Assembly (NCBI GenBank): GCA_001643675.2 | Contig: LSRY02000048.1 | Span: 186,001 to 250,000 of the forward strand | DNA length: 64,000 nt | Source of the DNA: Monocercomonoides exilis PA203 | Lineage: Eukaryota; Protista; Preaxostyla | Direction: 5' to 3' | Part shown: piece by piece, positions 58,361 to 64,000 of the stretch | Layout: every line of letters starts with the position of its first letter | How positions within the stretch are numbered: the first letter of the stretch is position 1 | The notes under the pieces: model-generated | Told to the model about the DNA's origin: nothing | The model's database searches: none | What the model saw: the letters and a program-made list of their open reading frames with translations, nothing else | Translations under genes and position numbers: made by a program

Positions 58361-59396
58361 TCAACGAACTTCTCTTCCTCCGGTCCATCCAAAATTATCT
58401 TGAGTATAATCACTATCCATATCAAAGAAATTTGCTTTTTTCGATTCATTGAAACCACTTTTTTCATGATTCCATGAATCATTCATATCTTCTTCCCATC
58501 CTTTACCTCTCCTAAACACGTCAGGTGGATATTTGTCGAATTCTTTCGTTGTCCTCAAAATGTGCATATCAGCAGGAGTATAACGTCTTCCCTCTTCTTG
58601 TCCAGCAGGGATTGTCTTTCCTGGTGATGGAATCCATGGACGAGTTGGCTGCCATCTCTGAACAGGTTTTTTCTTCTTTGAAATTGGTCGTTTTATTCGT
58701 GGAGGAGGCTGTTCCACTTCTGTTTGAATCCCTCTAGATTCAGTTTGAATTGGCTCAGACTGTGGACGAGGTGGAGTTAAGGGATCGGTCTGCGCTTCTC
58801 TCGTTTTTCTTTCAACGTTGAAAGGAAAATCATTGTCTTTCATTGGATCAAAATCAGTGACGAAACGAGGACCGTACCATACAAGACGAAAGAAACATCG
58901 AAGTCGTAGAATCTCTTTTCCTTTGATATTAATAAGTGGAATTGTTTCTTCAATCCAATCAGGTCTTGCATCAAACATCGTTCGAAGAGATTGAACTCCA
59001 ATAGCAATAAGCTCTGATTCTTTTTCATTTGTAGTGTCAACTAATAATAAACGGAGATAATCATTTTGACAAATTTGAGATATCATCTCTATAAAAATCA
59101 TAATTCATAATATGTTTGATACGAAAATATATCAAAGAAATAAAACCATCTGTCGTTGCAAAATAACCAGTAGAACCCACAGGTTTAAAATGTCCATCGA
59201 ATTGAGAACAACGTAATGCAACAGTGGACAATGATCCAAATCTATCAAATATATTTCAAAATATCATTTAAAAAGAATCATAATGAAAATGGGTAAACCT
59301 GTATAATAACGTTGGAGATTTGTATGTAAACACTTTATCGTTAGGGATTATATTATCAACAAAAATATCAAAAGAAAATTTTTGTTCACTTTCCAT
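58361..59396 (-). CDS. Hypothetical protein with an N-terminal C2-like domain (resembles MAP10/KIAA1383 N-terminus), 3 exons
   Basis: MESEQKFSFDIFVDNI...PTLLYR|FGSL...GSTGYF...LRLLLVD...LIAIG beta-strand pattern, followed by a Pro-rich tail. Family call is tentative. Confidence 0.6.
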
Positions 59397-59435
59397 TAAT
59401 TTATTTTGGTTCTCATTCAAAAAAATAAAAAAACT

Positions 59436-59517
59436 TGCATGGAGTGGGGTTTGAACCCACGCATCCGAAGATATCAGCGCCTAAAGCTGACGCCTTAGAC
59501 CACTCGGCCATCCATGC
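59436..59517 (-). tRNA. tRNA-Leu(TAG)
   Basis: GCATGGA/TCCATGC acceptor stem, TGGCCGAGTGGTCTAAGGC D-arm, TCAGC-ttTAGgc-GCTGA anticodon arm, long variable arm, GGTTCAAACC, T-run terminator. Confidence 0.95.
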
Positions 59518-59602
59518 TTCGGCTAAGAAGCATTTTTTACTACAACTTTTAAATTATTTTTCCTTTAGAGATAAAATTTTGTTAATTACGCAAATCCTTC
59601 AA

Positions 59603-62600
59603 TCAAGAAATCAGTTGACTTATGCAAGAAATTAAAGTTCTCAATTCATTCGTTGTAGAAGACTGTAGATTTGTAATCTCATCAATTTGAACACTCCTAA
59701 TTGTCTGTAAATTTTGATCGATGATTTCTTTCAAGTTTGAAAATTTTAATGTTTGCTTGATATCTTTTGTATCTGTGTCAATCGTCATGCCCATCTCTTC
59801 CTCGAAAGAAGTGAGTGCTGTCAGGAACTGTCTGATTTTCGCTCGAAATATCGAATGGAGCTCTTTGACCCTCGCAATTTGATGCTCAAACCTCGTCTCT
59901 TCTTCTGCATTTCTCAATCTAGACTGAGCACGCAAAGACTGCTTTTCTGATTGCTGATTCCCTTTCCGGTTCAAATTCAACCGCTCTCCCATTTTTTGGC
60001 TTTGATTTTTCTTTTCTTCTCCGCTGCGGTCTTCCGCGTCTTGCAGCAGTAGGTCGCTCAGCCAGATGGCCACTTGCAGTGCAAGCGAGCTGAGTTCAGA
60101 GAGAAGCGAGCAAAGCAGCTGGGAAGAGTGGAAAGTGTGTTCACAAAGAAGCAGAAGCAGCAGCTCGTGAGATGAAATGGCAAGCGATAGGCTCATTGGA
60201 GCAGAACAGGGTTGAATTGCAGAAGAAGAAATAGAAGGAGAAGGAGAAGGAAAAGGAAAAGGAGAAGGAGAAGGAGAAGGAGAAGACGAGGTGGATGAAT
60301 GACGAATGGAAGAAGAAGGCGATGTGGAATGAAGAGTGAACGGTTGATATGATGTCAATGTTACAGAAGAAGAAGAAGAAGAAACTTTTGGAAATGGTGA
60401 TGCTGAAAGAGAAGATGAACGAGATAAGCTTCCTTCATCAAAACAATTCGCTTTTTGTGTTGCTTCTGCTGATGCTGCTGCTGACAAAGAAGAAGAAGGA
60501 GAAGGCGAACCATGAAACACAATCTGAGTCAGCACAGCATGTGCCATTTTCACACACCCAGTGAAATACGATGAAAGATGCGTGTAAAAGAAAAGGATCT
60601 CTTTGAGGAACGAAAAGGAGAGCCTGTTGAAGACAACATGCGGATTCTCTTTCTTCTTCTGCGCCAACGCAAAGCTCGTCACAAACTCCGTTCCGCCCAA
60701 CACACTCGGTGCTGAATTGGATGATGATGATGAAAAGAATCCACTCCTCATTCTGTTTGCTCCTTCTCCTTCTCCCTCTTCAGGTGTTGCTTCGTAAGTA
60801 GCATTCCACTTCTTCTGCTTCATAAACTGCATCCAAAGTGCATGCAGCTGCTTTTCCACAAGACGCACCGACAAAAATGACCGGAACATCCAATTGAATA
60901 AGAGATGAGACGTCGGAGTGAAAAACAGCCCAAACGGAAACGGAGGTGCAAACTGAATGCAGAGCGAGGAGAGCCAGCTGAGGTGCTCGTGTGGAAGGGG
61001 GCTGTGCAACAAGGAGACTAAAACGGAGAGAGAAGAGGAAGAGGAAGAGGAAGAAGAAGAAGAAGATGATGATGAAAGAAGGTTTGCTGAATACGAATGC
61101 AATGGAAGAAATGAATCAGATGAAGATGCTGTTAACGCTGCAGAAGAGCGAATTCCAAACGACGAAGCAATCACAGATGACATCGAATTTACTGCTGAAG
61201 GCGCAGAAAGTTCGGATGCGTACTTGAAAAACACTTGCGCCTCGTTCGTCTGAAAGCCAGGGCAGAAATAGCGAAAGATCTCCTTTGGAACGCTTGCATT
61301 TTGCAATCTGAGACGCTGAAGGAGTAATTTTTGCTGCCTTTTTTTCTCTTTTAGAATTTCATTTTGCTCCAATTTTGATTCAGATGCACTGTATTCAATA
61401 ATCATTCCTCCCTTTTCGATGACAGTTATTTGTTCTCCTTCTCCTTCTCCTTCTTCTGTTTCTTTTCTTTTATTCTTGCTTTTTCCTTCCATTCGAAGCT
61501 TAGCAAGATTTTCACCAGCAAGTGAACCACTTTCTTCCTCCTCTTTATCCTCCTCTTTATCTTCTTCTTCTCTTTCTTCTTCTCTTTCTTCTTCTTTGTC
61601 TTCTCCTTCTTCAGCACCGATGCTCACCATCATCTCCTTCCACCTCCTCCACAAAACTCTCTCGCTCTGTTCATTTCGCTTCCCTTTCAGCACATCTTCC
61701 AGCCTCTCAATAAGCAAATCGCCCCACCCTCTTTCCAGAAAATACAGCTCCCAACAGCCTTCAACATACGTTTCTATGTCATCTTCTCTCAACTGATGGC
61801 CCGTTGCTTGCGCAGTTCGAAACAGCATCCACAGAGATTGAGAGATTTCTGTTAGTAATTCTTCAATCAAATACGAAAAGCGATCAGAAGGAAAAAGCGA
61901 CGAATCTTTGAGTGTTTGCACTAAAAGTGAAACGCCCTGTAATTCTGGAAGGCGTTCGTCTTTTGAGAGAACCCGAAGAAGTCTCAACGATTTCCCTATT
62001 TGATACACTTTGTGAGCATCTTCCTCTTTCATAAAAGATGGCACGTTTTCCGAAATAAACCTTGTATGATTTCCTTTCCAAAATGACTGTTTAGAATCTT
62101 CTTGTATAAAAAATGCAATATCATTTCCCGGTAGTCTTCCAAATTGAATCCAATTTAAAATTGATCGAAAAAAGACTTGGAGGCACGGAAACAGTAACTG
62201 TTTAAGAAGGTTTCCAACTATGTCATCTTGACATATACTTGCGTGATAATGCAGCAGTGAAAGAAAAGTGACAGAATCAATTGAATTTGGTAGCGAAATT
62301 GAGGAATTTTGTGGAATATGAATTATTCGCTTTTGATTGTCAACAATACGCTCTTGAGATGCTGGACAAGTTGAAATTATCGTAAATAAAAGATCGCATA
62401 GTTCTTCGTATCTTTGCTTTGCAGTTGTTAATTGTATAGATTCCATTGGCGAAATTGAACTTGATTCTAATTTTTTCATTATCTTCGAAAAAACAAATTT
62501 TTATTTCATTTATTTTGAAATTTTGTTTTAATTTTAATGATAGTGAAAGTAGATGAAAAATAACAAACATTGTGCGACGGCATTATAACGATAGAATACA

Positions 62601-62706
62601 AAGAAGAGCAAAACGTAGATAAAACAAGATCTGAATCTTCATAGACCCCCTGAGCAGGTAGTCTATGTTTTTCTGTAAATAATAATAATTCATTAAGCTT
62701 TTCCAT
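59603..62706 (-). CDS. Gamma-tubulin complex component (Spc97/Spc98 family, GCP4-like), one 5' intron ~62569-62485
   Basis: ILNWIQFGRL..AFFIQE, VPSFMKEEDAHKVYQIGKSLRLL, YFLERG, PFPFGLFFTP..FNWMFRSFLSVR GRIP motifs; very short N-terminus as in GCP4; poly-S/E inserts. Confidence 0.8.
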
Positions 62707-62851
62707 TTGCAATGAAATTGCTTAAATGATAAATAAAAAATTTTAAAAAGTGATCTTGATCTTCCCCAAACAAAAAAATTGAAAATTGAATTTAGAATAA
62801 TATAAAAAAAGACTTAATAAATAAAATCACTCAAAAATATGCAAGCCAATC

Positions 62852-64000
62852 TCATTGATCATCATCACCAAAACTAACATCGACAAAAGTATCATCATCG
62901 AACTGATTCAAACTTTCATTTTTTGTTTGTTCATTTCCACTCTTTATCTCTCCATCAAATCTATCCCCCTGTGATGTCTTGTCTTCCAATAGAAAATGCC
63001 GTATACCCTTTGGCACAAACTCTCGATAGTTAGACATTTGTGGCTGTGTTGTAGTTGCTGCAGCTTCCGCAGAAGAAGAAGTTGCAGCTGAAGACCCCAC
63101 CATTTCATTATCCATTGCTTTCTCCTCTGATGGCTGCATTTGTTCTGCTGCTTCATGTGGCGAAGGCTCAGAAACAGCAGAAACAGAAACAGAAGCAGCC
63201 AATGAAGAAGGTGAAGAAGGATTGGAGCCCAGGCCAAATGGCTGAGACTGCATCACCATTTGTTGTTGTTGTTGTGGCTGTTGCTGCTGCAGTTGCTGCA
63301 GTTGCAGCTGCATCTGTGGCATCTGCACTTGCTGTCCAAATGGTGCTTGATATTGCTGGTTGTGCTGCTGCATTTGCATTTGTGCTTGTTGTACCTGCTG
63401 TGCTTGCTGCTGCATCATCATCTGCTGATGGAGCTGTGTTTGAATGTGAAGAGGAGAGTACTGATGCATCTGTGATGGTATCTGCTGCTGCTGTTGTTGA
63501 GGGTTATGCAACTGTGTCTGTCCAGAATTGAACACATCTCGTGGCTGATATGGTTGCAATTGCTGTTGTTGTTGTAGCATCTGATTCTGCTGATTCTGCT
63601 GTGCTCCTCCCATTTGTGTCTGCATCTGTGGTTGTGTCTGCCCTTGCATCGGCAACTGTCCATTCTGCTTAGCCATCTGCAAACGTAGCAGCTGCTGTTG
63701 GTGGAAGCTGATGATGCGCTGGAGTTCTTCTGGTGGCACATCTTTGATCAGCTCGCTCAGATACAACTGGCTCTGCTGTGGGTAGTTGCGGGCAACTGGA
63801 GAGTCGAGGGCGTGAAGAAGGGAGACTAAGATGGAAGGAGAAGGAGCAGTTGTGGGTGAGGCAGTGGCTGGAAGAGAGGACGATGAAGATGTTGATGATG
63901 CAGGCGATGATGATACCAATCCCACATTTGCTTGTAAGCCTTGTCCAAACTGCTGCACTTGTGGTGTTTGCTGTGTTTGTTGTGCTTGTTGTGCCTGCTG
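62852..64000 (-). CDS. 3' end of a Q-rich protein (starts beyond the window)
   Basis: Open frame to the window edge with CAA/CAG-rich poly-Gln and an acidic C-terminus. Confidence 0.75.
   Translation of the reverse strand, partial: QQAQQAQQTQQTPQVQQFGQGLQANVGLVSSSPASSTSSSSSLPATASPTTAPSPSILVSLLHALDSPVARNYPQQSQLYLSELIKDVPPEELQRIISFHQQQLLRLQMAKQNGQLPMQGQTQPQMQTQMGGAQQNQQNQMLQQQQQLQPYQPRDVFNSGQTQLHNPQQQQQQIPSQMHQYSPLHIQTQLHQQMMMQQQAQQVQQAQMQMQQHNQQYQAPFGQQVQMPQMQLQLQQLQQQQPQQQQQMVMQSQPFGLGSNPSSPSSLAASVSVSAVSEPSPHEAAEQMQPSEEKAMDNEMVGSSAATSSSAEAAATTTQPQMSNYREFVPKGIRHFLLEDKTSQGDRFDGEIKSGNEQTKNESLNQFDDDTFVDVSFGDDDQ

Noticed and set aside
59435-59635. 66 aa ORF MHGVGFEPTHP...
   Set aside because: Antisense translation of tRNA-Leu.
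62852-64000. Alternative genetic code (TAA/TAG = Gln, as in some metamonads)
   Set aside because: The Q-rich frame uses CAA/CAG, and conserved genes (calmodulin, CHID1, Tc1) end at TAG/TAA at expected positions.

Overview
Eukaryotic, intron-rich, AT-rich DNA read with the standard code (TAA/TAG are real stops). The gene families and style suggest an oxymonad such as Monocercomonoides; this is recognition, not a database result. Contents: the 3' part of a spliced hAT transposase with a probable right end at 4810; tRNA-Glu(CTC); a Kazal-repeat gene; a degenerate TIR-bounded element carrying gene fragments; a 9-exon GSK3 gene with a long Ser-rich tail; a family of type-I membrane beta-helix-like surface proteins; a kelch/Cys-rich multi-TM gene; an intact Tc1 (DD34E) element; and a compact minus-strand cluster (CHID1-like, small unknown gene, calmodulin, C2-like gene, tRNA-Leu, GCP4-like, Q-rich gene). 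The dominant structure is a ~21.4 kb palindrome (23299-44683). Its outer homology ends exactly at two ~360 bp foldback elements whose loops are flipped relative to their arms. Each arm carries a surface-protein gene and a divergently oriented member of a multicopy helical 'ELHFARE' family, and a 6.7 kb core appears essentially identical between arms. Other notable signals: strictly increasing intron lengths along GSK3 and a GATC motif just upstream of most start codons. All alignments and exon boundaries were done by eye.
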